A stretch of 64,000 bases of DNA from an uncultured Acidobacteriota bacterium (lineage in GTDB: Bacteria > Acidobacteriota > Terriglobia > Terriglobales > Acidobacteriaceae): NCBI GenBank assembly GCA_963696635.1, contig CAVOKX010000014.1:256234-320233 (forward strand), read 5' to 3'. Position numbers and translations under genes: made by a program. Below the pieces are notes generated by a model that worked only from the letters and a program-made list of their open reading frames with translations, ran no database searches and was not told the DNA's origin. Of this stretch, positions 9,362 through 17,429 are shown in pieces (position 1 is the first letter of the stretch; each line of letters begins with the position of its first letter).

Positions 9362-10390
9362 ATGGCCTTTCCAATCACTCGTCTTCGCCGCCTTCGCCAA
9401 AGTGAACAGTTGCGATCCATGGTCCGCGAAACCCGGCTTTCCCCGACCGCATTGGTTTATCCGATGTTCGTTTGTCCGGGTGAAGGCGTGCGCAAAGAAG
9501 TACGATCCATGCCGGGCGTCTTCAACCTCTCGGTGGATGAGGCAGTGAAAGAGGCGCAGCAGGTGAACTCTCTGGGCGTGCCTTCGATCATCTTGTTTGG
9601 GCTACCGGAAAAGAAAGATGAACTGGCGACGGGCGCGTGGGCGGAAGATGGGATCGTGCAGCAGGCGGCCCGGGCTATCAAGCGCGAAATTCCCAAGCTG
9701 GTCATCATGGGCGATGTGTGTCTTTGCGAATACATGTCGCACGGTCATTGCGGAATTGTCCGCGCCGCGCATCCGCAGTCGCTCGGGGCCGCGGTTGCAA
9801 CTCCTCCCGCCGTCGGCACAGATTACGAAATTGTCAATGATGCCACCCTCGAACTGCTGGCCCGCACCAGTGTTTCCCTGGCCCGCGCTGGCGTGGACAT
9901 TATCGCGCCTTCGGACATGATGGATGGCCGCGTGGGCGCCATCCGCAACGCGCTCGACCATGCGGGCTTGGCCAATACGCCTATCCTTTCTTATGCGGCA
10001 AAGTTCGCCTCGGCGTTTTACGGACCTTTTCGCGAAGCGGCGGACTCGACTCCGCAATTCGGCGACCGCCGGTCTTACCAAATGGATGGAGCAAACTTGC
10101 GCGAGGCCATGCGCGAGATTGAACTCGACATCGAGGAAGGCGCGGACATGATTATGGTGAAACCTGCGATGCCTTACCTGGATGTGATTGCCGCCGCCCG
10201 CGAACGTTTCGACCTGCCTCTGGCGGCGTACCAGGTTTCAGGTGAATACGCCATGATCGAGGCCGCCGCCCGCAACAACTGGATCGATCACGATCGAGTC
10301 ATGATGGAGTCGTTGCTGTCGATCCGGCGTGCCGGGGCCAGCATTATTCTCACTTATTACGCCAAGGATGCGGCCAAACTGCTGGCTTAA
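9362..10390 (+). CDS. hemB: Porphobilinogen synthase (delta-aminolevulinate dehydratase), Zn-type
   Basis: Starts at ATG 9362 ([13 protein letters not shown]...). Cys-rich metal site '[14 protein letters not shown]'; Schiff-base region '[12 protein letters not shown]'. The ORF-track N-terminal extension (9116-9361) overlaps mutS2 and is discounted. Confidence 0.9.
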   Translation: MAFPITRLRRLRQSEQLRSMVRETRLSPTALVYPMFVCPGEGVRKEVRSMPGVFNLSVDEAVKEAQQVNSLGVPSIILFGLPEKKDELATGAWAEDGIVQQAARAIKREIPKLVIMGDVCLCEYMSHGHCGIVRAAHPQSLGAAVATPPAVGTDYEIVNDATLELLARTSVSLARAGVDIIAPSDMMDGRVGAIRNALDHAGLANTPILSYAAKFASAFYGPFREAADSTPQFGDRRSYQMDGANLREAMREIELDIEEGADMIMVKPAMPYLDVIAAARERFDLPLAAYQVSGEYAMIEAAARNNWIDHDRVMMESLLSIRRAGASIILTYYAKDAAKLLA

Positions 10391-10443
10391 GCGCGGCTCT
10401 ATTTTGCCCGGTCTTTCCTCGGGGCAAACTATGAGACAGCAAT

Positions 10444-11031
10444 ATGCCTGGCGAAGTCACTTTTCCAGAGTTGGTTGCTACCGAGCGGCTCACAATGCAT
10501 CGATACAGTGGTGTTGACGCTGCCGGGCTCTTGGAGTTAGTGCATAGGAACAGAGCTGGTCTCATCCAAAATTTCTCGCAAATGGCAAAGGGCTTGTTAC
10601 AGGACGAGCATGTGAAATCGTTTATAGAAGAAAAGGCCGAGCAATGGGAAACTAGGCGGGCTTTTTGTTACGGTATTTGGCTCAAAGTTTCAAAGCAACA
10701 AATAGGACAGCTTCAAGTAAAAAATCTTGTATGGGATGTGCCGTCCGCTGAACTCTCATATTTCATAGGCAGTTCATCAAAGAGACAGGGCTTCGCTACC
10801 GAGGCAATCTCAGCGATGTTGCGCGCAGCGTTCGAGCAATTAGGATTTAAGAGAATATTTGTCCGGATTATTCCATCAAACCAGGAAAGCATTTCGCTCG
10901 CGAACAAACTCGGCTTCAAACATGAGGGGCTGCATAGGAACGAGTTCAGGTGCGGGTACGGGGAGCTTCACGACGTCCATTATTTCTCTTTGACCCTCGA
11001 TGACTTTAGGACTGGTCTGGCAAGTGTCTGA
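10444..11031 (+). CDS. GNAT-family N-acetyltransferase (RimJ/RimL-like)
   Basis: 195 aa. The core 'SYFIGSSSKRQGFATEAISAMLRAAFEQLGFKRIFVRIIPSNQESISLANKLGFKHEG' is typical of the GNAT acetyl-CoA-binding fold. Confidence 0.75.
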   Translation: MPGEVTFPELVATERLTMHRYSGVDAAGLLELVHRNRAGLIQNFSQMAKGLLQDEHVKSFIEEKAEQWETRRAFCYGIWLKVSKQQIGQLQVKNLVWDVPSAELSYFIGSSSKRQGFATEAISAMLRAAFEQLGFKRIFVRIIPSNQESISLANKLGFKHEGLHRNEFRCGYGELHDVHYFSLTLDDFRTGLASV

Positions 11032-11206
11032 ACCGGATTTGCTTGATTCCAAGATCAACGCGCGTCTGGTGGGCGTCGAACTGTACTTCGATGATTTACC
11101 GGCTGCGAAACATTTCTATCAAGATACCCTGGGTCTAAGCCTCTCCGGTGGGTCAAAGCTCTCAGCGGACTACCATCGGGGCGTCCACCTTGAGGGCCCA
11201 GACTAA
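11000..11206 (+). pseudogene. Truncated VOC/glyoxalase-family fragment
   Basis: 'LVGVELYFDDLPAAKHFYQDTLGLSL' is the first beta-alpha-beta module of a VOC domain. The frame stops after about 68 codons, whereas a full domain is about 120 aa. Its 3' end overlaps the convergent gene at 11162-11368. Confidence 0.4.
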
Positions 11207-11368
11207 GGCGATCACCCATCCGATTGCAGTCCAACCCAAAAGGAGATTCAGGACGAATATCGAAACCAAGTCCCGCTTGCTCCGTGCAGCGGCTATGATG
11301 GAAGGCAGAAAGTAGAAGAAAAACCCGAAGCCGAAAATCGGGAAAAAGAAGATAGCGAAGAGGTGCAT
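11162..11368 (-). CDS. Superinfection-immunity-family small membrane protein
   Basis: 68 aa with two TM segments. 'LPSIIAAARSKRDLVSIFVLNLLLGWTAIGWVIALVWAL' matches the 'LGWT.iGW..AL.WA' signature of the Imm_superinfect family. Confidence 0.55.
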   Translation of the reverse strand: MHLFAIFFFPIFGFGFFFYFLPSIIAAARSKRDLVSIFVLNLLLGWTAIGWVIALVWALKVDAPMVVR

Positions 11369-11519
11369 AGGGGTTACCTCCCGTGGGAATAGTCTACTAC
11401 TCCTCGAACTCTGTATTCAGATACGATTCTTTGTGATCGCCGGTTCCCGAATCCTAAAGCCCTGGCGTAGAATCACCTATTTGGACAGTGGTTATTTATT
11501 CTTCTAGGGGAGCACTGCT

Positions 11520-12935
11520 TTGCCTGAAACCATTTATGACATTGCCATCATCGGCAGCGGCCCGGCAGGATATACCGCGGCGATCCGCGCCGGGCAGTAC
11601 GGTCTGAAGACGGCGTTAATTGAGAAGGATGGATTTCTTGGGGGCACCTGCCTGCACGTAGGTTGCATTCCGACCAAGGCCCTCTTGTTCAATGCTGAAA
11701 TTTGGGATCATTTGAAAGACGCAAAGGAATTCGGGATTGAGGGTGTCGATTCGCGCAAACTGAATTGGGCGGCGATCCAGGAGCGCAAGTCGAAGATCGT
11801 GAACAAACACGCCAAGGGTCTTGAATTCCTGATGCGCAAGAACAAAGTGGAAACGATCAAGGGCTACGGCAAACTCACCGGGCCTGGGGAGAAGGGAGTT
11901 CTGACGGTCGAAGTTACCGACGCCGGCAAGAGTAGTCTGATCAAGACAAAAAATGTGATTCTGGCGACCGGTTCGGAAGCCCGCATGATTCCTGGCCTGG
12001 AGCCGGACGCGCGCGTGCTCACGAACATTGAGATTCTCAGTTTGAAGGAGATTCCGAAATCATTGGTGATCGTGGGCGCTGGGGCGGTGGGCGTAGAGTT
12101 CGCATCCATTTTCCGTTCCTTCGATGCAGAAGTCACGATTCTCGAGATGCTGCCGCGCCTGGTTCCGGTGGAGGATGAAGATGTTTCCAAGGAACTGGCG
12201 CGCGTGTACCGGAAGCGCGCCATCAATTTTCATACTGGAGCCAAGGTTGAGAAGGTCGAAAAGACAAAATCTGGAATTGCTGTGACTTTCACGGTGAACG
12301 GCAAGCAGCAAAAGATTGAAGCCGAGAAGATTCTTATCGCGGTTGGCCGCAAGCCGCGCACCGAAAACGTCGGACTGGAAAAGACGCACATTAAACCTGA
12401 CCGAGGTTTTATCAAAACGGATAGCTGGATGCAGACCTGCGAACCCGGCATCTATGCGATTGGAGACATCGTACTCGGAACGCCGCAACTGGCGCACGTT
12501 GGGGCAATGGAAGGTATTGTGGCCGTCGCGAAAATCGCGGGCAAGCCCGGTAAACCGATCAACCCGGAACACATTCCGAACGCGACCTACTGCCATCCGG
12601 AAATCGGCAGCGTAGGCCTGACCGAAGAAAAGGCCCACGAGGCAGGCTACAACGTAAAGATCGGAAAATTTCCATTTACCGCGAACTCGCGAGCCTCGAT
12701 CGTGGGCCAGCACGAAGGTTTCATCAAAATCGTTTCGGATGCCGACTACGGAGAGATTCTGGGCGTACACATCATCGGGCCGCAGGCGACGGAACTGATC
12801 GCAGAAGCCGTGGCTGCAATGGAACTTGAGGCCACCGTGGAAGATCTGATGTGGACCATCCACGCCCATCCAACGCTGGCCGAGGCTATGCTGGATGCAT
12901 CGAACAGCGTGTATGGAATGGCTATCAACGCGTGA
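11520..12935 (+). CDS. lpdA: Dihydrolipoyl dehydrogenase (E3)
   Basis: 471 aa. TTG start preceded by AGGGGAG. FAD motif 'IIGSGPAGY'; redox disulfide 'GGTCLHVGCIPTK'; C-terminal 'HAHPTLAE'. Confidence 0.9.
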   Translation: MPETIYDIAIIGSGPAGYTAAIRAGQYGLKTALIEKDGFLGGTCLHVGCIPTKALLFNAEIWDHLKDAKEFGIEGVDSRKLNWAAIQERKSKIVNKHAKGLEFLMRKNKVETIKGYGKLTGPGEKGVLTVEVTDAGKSSLIKTKNVILATGSEARMIPGLEPDARVLTNIEILSLKEIPKSLVIVGAGAVGVEFASIFRSFDAEVTILEMLPRLVPVEDEDVSKELARVYRKRAINFHTGAKVEKVEKTKSGIAVTFTVNGKQQKIEAEKILIAVGRKPRTENVGLEKTHIKPDRGFIKTDSWMQTCEPGIYAIGDIVLGTPQLAHVGAMEGIVAVAKIAGKPGKPINPEHIPNATYCHPEIGSVGLTEEKAHEAGYNVKIGKFPFTANSRASIVGQHEGFIKIVSDADYGEILGVHIIGPQATELIAEAVAAMELEATVEDLMWTIHAHPTLAEAMLDASNSVYGMAINA

Positions 12936-12947
12936 GGCCTTGGATGT

Positions 12948-13136
12948 ATGAAGGTACGGGAAGTTCTAAAGATGCTTAACGAGGACGGCTGGTACCTAGA
13001 TCGCACGCGTGGCAGCCATCGCCAGTTCAAACATCCCAGCAAATTAGGCTTAGTCACGGTGCCTGGCAAACCCAATGATGATTTGGGGCCAGGCACGTTC
13101 AATAGTATTCTGAAACAGGCAGGATTGAAGAAATGA
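12948..13136 (+). CDS. hicA: HicA-family mRNA interferase toxin
   Basis: 62 aa. 'VLKMLNEDGWYLDRTRGSHRQFKHPSKLGLVTVPGKPNDDLGPGTFNSILKQAGL' is a typical HicA/YcfA sequence. Confidence 0.85.
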   Translation: MKVREVLKMLNEDGWYLDRTRGSHRQFKHPSKLGLVTVPGKPNDDLGPGTFNSILKQAGLKK

Positions 13137-13357
13137 AAAAGTACTTGATTGTCGTTGAGGAAACACGCAGCGGCTATTCAGCCTACTCGCCCGACCTAGA
13201 TGGCTGCGTAGCAACAGGATCGACTCGTGAGGAGGTGGAGAGCCAGATGCGGGAGGCCATCGAATTCCACTTGGAAGGCATGGCGCGCAGCGGTCAGCCC
13301 GTGCCTGAACCACACACGTATTCCGCCTATGTCGAGGTTCCTGCACAGGCTCATTGA
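13133..13357 (+). CDS. hicB: HicB-family antitoxin
   Basis: 74 aa. ATGA overlap with hicA. 'YSAYSPDLDGCVATGSTREEVESQMREAIEFHLEGM' is the HicB/UPF0150 fold signature. Confidence 0.8.
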   Translation: MKKYLIVVEETRSGYSAYSPDLDGCVATGSTREEVESQMREAIEFHLEGMARSGQPVPEPHTYSAYVEVPAQAH

Positions 13358-13376
13358 AAAATGTGCGGGGGAAACC

Positions 13377-14261
13377 TTGATCTCCGTTCTCCAACTCGGT
13401 CCTCTCGATTACGCCACCGGGCTGCGTCTGCAGCAGAAGTTAGTCCAGCTTCGCAAGGACGGTCGCGTCGGAGATGTGCTCTTGTTGCTTGAGCACACTC
13501 CGGTCATCACCTTAGGACGGAATGCGAAAGCTGGAAACGTGATTGCTTCGCGCGAAAAGCTCGCGGAACGTGGCGTGGAGATGTTCGAATGCGATCGCGG
13601 CGGTGACGTAACCTTCCACGGTCCGGGACAACTGGTCGGATATCCTATCTTTGACCTGCGCGGTTTTGAATCAATGAGTGGTAATCGGAAAACATTGGGG
13701 GCGGTGGAGTATGTGCGCCGTTTGGAAGAAGTTCTGATCCGCACGTGCGCTGACTTTCGCATCTCGGCTGAACGCGTAGCGGGGTTGACGGGAGTGTGGA
13801 CGACCTCAAACTGTGTGGGCACGGGTCTTCGACCCGTGCGGGGCGGGTCAGCGGGCCGACCCGAGACAGAAGTTGTCGTCGCTCCAACCGGGTCAGAGAC
13901 CCGGTTCTACACAAACCATGACGAAGCCAAGATTGCTGCGATTGGGGTTCACATCTCTCGGGGCGTGACTTCGCATGGGTTCGCTCTGAATGTGAATACC
14001 GATCTCGAATACTTCAGCTTGATCATTCCCTGCGGCCTAAGTTCGAAACCGGTAACTTCCATGGCGAAGCAATTAGGCCAACCGCTTTCGTTGGCCGAAG
14101 TCGCGCATTCGGTATCGCGCAATTTCGGGGTCGTGTTTCAGAGCCAGATGCTTGGGCTGGAAACTTTGGATTCGCTGCTCGGTCATGCGGTCGGTGTGCC
14201 CATGAAGCCTCCTGCCGAGTTACGAAAACTGCATAATGAAGAGGACACATTCTGGGTCTGA
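13377..14261 (+). CDS. lipB: Octanoyltransferase (lipoyl(octanoyl) transferase)
   Basis: 'DRGGDVTFHGPGQLVGYP', 'KIAAIGVHISRGVTSHGFALNV', 'IIPCGL'. The TTG at 13377 preceded by GGGGGA is preferred; the alternative ATG at 13329 overlaps hicB. Contains an insert of about 35 aa between 'GVW' and 'KIAAIG'. Confidence 0.85.
   Translation: MISVLQLGPLDYATGLRLQQKLVQLRKDGRVGDVLLLLEHTPVITLGRNAKAGNVIASREKLAERGVEMFECDRGGDVTFHGPGQLVGYPIFDLRGFESMSGNRKTLGAVEYVRRLEEVLIRTCADFRISAERVAGLTGVWTTSNCVGTGLRPVRGGSAGRPETEVVVAPTGSETRFYTNHDEAKIAAIGVHISRGVTSHGFALNVNTDLEYFSLIIPCGLSSKPVTSMAKQLGQPLSLAEVAHSVSRNFGVVFQSQMLGLETLDSLLGHAVGVPMKPPAELRKLHNEEDTFWV
13819..13906. repeat. Cluster of three GGGTC/GACCC palindromes inside the lipB reading frame
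   Basis: GCACGGGTC-TTC-GACCCGTGC (13819-13839), CGGGTC-N8-GACCCG (13844-13863), AACCGGGTC-AGA-GACCCGGTT (13886-13906). Together they encode the extra LipB segment. Confidence 0.6.
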
Positions 14262-14359
14262 CGGCTGGCTTGCGGCGGGCTCGCGCGCCGCGGTTGGTCA
14301 ATTCCGCTGAGCGGGGTTAGGATTCTTCCGAGAGCCAGTCGCCGGCACTCATCAAACTC

Positions 14360-15655
14360 ATGGCAAAGAAGAAAAAGGTTGCTCCGAACGCAGTCGTCCG
14401 ACATAGTTCAAACAGTCGGGGCAAGCGCGTACCGCAATCCACAATAACAAATACGCGGACTTACACCATCGCCGACTATCGGCTGGAGAAGCCAAGCTTC
14501 AACATTCGTCAAATTCTCAAGGGCGATGAAGTTCGCTACGAAGTAACCGGTGAGCTGAACACACCTGCTCCGCCGATTCGTGAATCGAAGTATCTCGACA
14601 AGAAACAATGCCTCGAGATTTATCGATGGATGCTTTTGAATCGCAAGATGGAAACCGCGCTAGAGAATCTATACAAACAGGGCAAAGTCGTGGGCGGCGT
14701 TTATTTCGGCCTGGGCCAGGAGGCTTGCTCCTGCGCTTCCGCCTACGCTCTTCACAAGGAAGACTGGCTCGGCCCCATGATCCGCAACCAGGGATCGCTG
14801 CTGGTGCGCGGCTTTTCCGCGCGGGACATTATGATGCAGTACATGGCCAAAGCGGGTTCGCCGACTAAGGGACGCGATGCATCGTCGCACTTCGGCGACA
14901 TCGAAAAGCGCAATGTAGTCGCCCCTATCTCGACCCTCGGCGACTTGATACCCGTGCTCGCTGGGGTCGCTCTGGGCGCGCGTTTGCAGGGCCTTAACAT
15001 TGCCGTCATGACTTACATCGGGGATGGCGGCCAATCGACGGGCGTTACTTACGAGGGATTGAACTTCGCTGCGGTGCAAGATCTTGGTCTGGTGCTGTTC
15101 GTCGAAAATAATCTTTGGGGATACTCAACCCCCGCCAACATGCAGTTCCGCGTGAAGGACCTTGCCGAGCGCGCGATCGCCTATAGAATTCCTGGAGTGA
15201 TTGTCGATGGCACCGACGCATGCCAGGTCTACGATGCGGCTCACGAAGCCTGCGAGCGCGCGCGATGCGGCGAGGGTCCCACGCTCATCGAAGCCAAGAT
15301 GATGCGCATGAAAGGCCACGCCATCCATGACGCGGCTGAGTATGTCCCGAAATCGCTGTTCGAGTACTGGCGGAAGCGCGATCCCATAGCTCGTTTTGAA
15401 AACTACTTGGTGAGCGTAAAGAATTGGCTGACTTCGCAGGAAAACGAAAAACTGATCGCTGATGTGGACCGCCAACTTGAAGCTGACCGAGACTTCGCCG
15501 TGGCGTCGCCGATGCCGCAGCCGGAATCGGCGGCGGGAGGCGTGTACTGCGATTCGAACTGCCATCAGATTCGGCCAAAATATGGAGTGCCGAAAGTTTG
15601 TGTGACGAGGTCCGGTATCGCAACTCCAAGAGAGACGACAGTGCATCTGAAATAG
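14360..15655 (+). CDS. 2-oxoacid dehydrogenase E1 component, alpha subunit (TPP-dependent; substrate not assignable)
   Basis: 431 aa. TPP motif 'GDGGQSTGVTYEGLNFAAVQDLGLVLFVENNLWG'. Has a Lys/Arg-rich N-terminal extension of about 70 aa. Confidence 0.85.
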   Translation: MAKKKKVAPNAVVRHSSNSRGKRVPQSTITNTRTYTIADYRLEKPSFNIRQILKGDEVRYEVTGELNTPAPPIRESKYLDKKQCLEIYRWMLLNRKMETALENLYKQGKVVGGVYFGLGQEACSCASAYALHKEDWLGPMIRNQGSLLVRGFSARDIMMQYMAKAGSPTKGRDASSHFGDIEKRNVVAPISTLGDLIPVLAGVALGARLQGLNIAVMTYIGDGGQSTGVTYEGLNFAAVQDLGLVLFVENNLWGYSTPANMQFRVKDLAERAIAYRIPGVIVDGTDACQVYDAAHEACERARCGEGPTLIEAKMMRMKGHAIHDAAEYVPKSLFEYWRKRDPIARFENYLVSVKNWLTSQENEKLIADVDRQLEADRDFAVASPMPQPESAAGGVYCDSNCHQIRPKYGVPKVCVTRSGIATPRETTVHLK

Positions 15656-15692
15656 GATTCAGCTGCGTCGGGTCGGCGGCGAAAACAACGTT

Positions 15693-16667
15693 ATGCCTCA
15701 ACTCACTTATCTCGAAGCCATTCGCCAGGGAATCTGGGAGGAAATGGAGCGCGACCCTTCCGTGTTCTGCATTGGTGAGGACATTGGCATATACGGAGGG
15801 GCTTTCAAGGTGACCGATGGCTTCATCGATCGCTTCGGACCCGAGCGCGTGATTGATACTCCCATCGCTGAATCCGCCATCGTCGGCGCGGCCTTTGGCG
15901 CTTCGCTTACCGGAATGCGTCCCGTCGCCGAGTTTCAGTTCATGGATTTCGTCGGCTGTGCGTTCAACCAAATTGTCAACATGGTGGCGAAAGCCCACTA
16001 CCGCTGGGGTGCGCCTGCCCCGCTCGTGATTCGCGGACCGAGTGGCGGCAATGTCCACGGAGGTCCATTTCATTCGCAGAACCCGGAGATGTGGTTTGTG
16101 CATGCGCCGGGATTGAAAGTGGTTTGTCCTGCGAGCGCCTATGATGCGAAGGGTCTCATCAAGGCCGCCATTCGCGACAACAATCCGGTGATCTTCTTCG
16201 AGCACAAGTATCTTTATCGACGGATCAAAGACGATGTTCCGGCGGAAGACTACCTCGTGCCTCTGGGCAAGGCACGAGTTGCCCGGGAGGGTCGCGACCT
16301 GAGCGTAATCACGTACGCTGCAATGGTACATGTCGCGCTCGAAGCCGCCGAGATTCTGGCGAAAGAAGGAACCGAACTGGAAGTAGTCGACCTGCGCACG
16401 CTTTTGCCGCTCGACAGAGAAGCAATTGCTGAGACCGTGCGCAAAACCAATAAGGTAATCCTGCTACATGAAGACGTGCGCACCGGTGGCATAGCCGGCG
16501 AAATCGCGGCGATCATTAACGAAGAGGCTTTCGACGATCTTGATGGTCCTATTGTCCGCATCACCGCGCAGGATTCGCCGGTGCCATTCTCCCCGCCTCA
16601 GGAAGAATATTTCCTACCCAAGGTCAGTGACATTGTGCGGGAAGCGCACCGGCTGAAGGCGTATTAA
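15693..16667 (+). CDS. 2-oxoacid dehydrogenase E1 component, beta subunit
   Basis: 324 aa. 'FCIGEDIGIYGGAFKVTDGFIDRFGPERVIDTPIAE' and a transketolase-like C-terminal domain. Confidence 0.9.
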   Translation: MPQLTYLEAIRQGIWEEMERDPSVFCIGEDIGIYGGAFKVTDGFIDRFGPERVIDTPIAESAIVGAAFGASLTGMRPVAEFQFMDFVGCAFNQIVNMVAKAHYRWGAPAPLVIRGPSGGNVHGGPFHSQNPEMWFVHAPGLKVVCPASAYDAKGLIKAAIRDNNPVIFFEHKYLYRRIKDDVPAEDYLVPLGKARVAREGRDLSVITYAAMVHVALEAAEILAKEGTELEVVDLRTLLPLDREAIAETVRKTNKVILLHEDVRTGGIAGEIAAIINEEAFDDLDGPIVRITAQDSPVPFSPPQEEYFLPKVSDIVREAHRLKAY

Positions 16668-16790
16668 TTTGATAATTATTGCCATCTGCACCCGCCTGAT
16701 GGTGGCCACATTTACTCTGCATTCTGTGGTGGTAGCGCCGGGTATAAGCTGACTGGCCAGCATTCCAGGGTTTCGAAGCGAGGAGGATAA

Positions 16791-17345
16791 ATGCGCAACT
16801 TCATATTAGGAATCATTGTTACGCTGCTGGTGCTTTTTCTAGGAGGGCTGGCGGTGGCAACTTTGGGCTTGATGCCAACCAACGCGGATGCAACTCCTCC
16901 TCGGCTCGAACGCCGTGTTGCCACGAGCGCGCTGGACGCCTCCATGGAGCGTCACGCTCCCCGAGTGACTAGTCCTATTCCTCCTACCGACGAGAATTTG
17001 ATCGACGGCATGAAAGTCTTCACTATGAATTGTTCTGTATGCCATGGGACGCTCGACAATAAGCCGAGCCCGCTGGAGAAGTCGTTCTATCCACCCGTCC
17101 CGCAACTGATTCTTGATCCCCTGGACGACCCCGAGTGGCACATCTACTATGCCGTCCGCACGGGCGTTCGCTACACCGGGATGCCGGCTTGGAGTAAAGC
17201 TCTGAGCGACCAGGATATCTGGAAAGTGACGGCATTTCTTTCCCGCATACAAAAGCTGCCGCCGGGGGTGCAGGACTACTGGAAGAAATCATTTGGAGTT
17301 GGTCCGCCGCCTGCCGGTTCGGAAAAGGATGAGAATAAGCACTGA
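16791..17345 (+). CDS. Membrane-anchored mono-heme c-type cytochrome
   Basis: 184 aa. N-terminal TM 'ILGIIVTLLVLFLGGLAVATLGL'; heme site 'CSVCHG'; likely Met ligand in 'YTGMPAW'. Confidence 0.75.
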   Translation: MRNFILGIIVTLLVLFLGGLAVATLGLMPTNADATPPRLERRVATSALDASMERHAPRVTSPIPPTDENLIDGMKVFTMNCSVCHGTLDNKPSPLEKSFYPPVPQLILDPLDDPEWHIYYAVRTGVRYTGMPAWSKALSDQDIWKVTAFLSRIQKLPPGVQDYWKKSFGVGPPPAGSEKDENKH

Positions 17346-17429
17346 CCGCAGGCCAACCACAAACCTTGGATATAATCAAAAGTTACGTTCGGCCCAAGAT
17401 TTACCACTGGGACCGCGTGGAAGGGAATT

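Noticed and set aside
12060-12869. 269-aa minus-strand ORF
   Set aside because: It is antisense to lpdA.
13227-13376. N-terminal extension of the lipB ORF
   Set aside because: It overlaps hicB in another frame. LipB homology begins near 'LQLGPLDY', and a TTG with a GGGGGA SD lies at 13377.
15285-16331. 348-aa minus-strand ORF
   Set aside because: It is antisense to the E1 alpha/E1 beta genes and is a shadow ORF.
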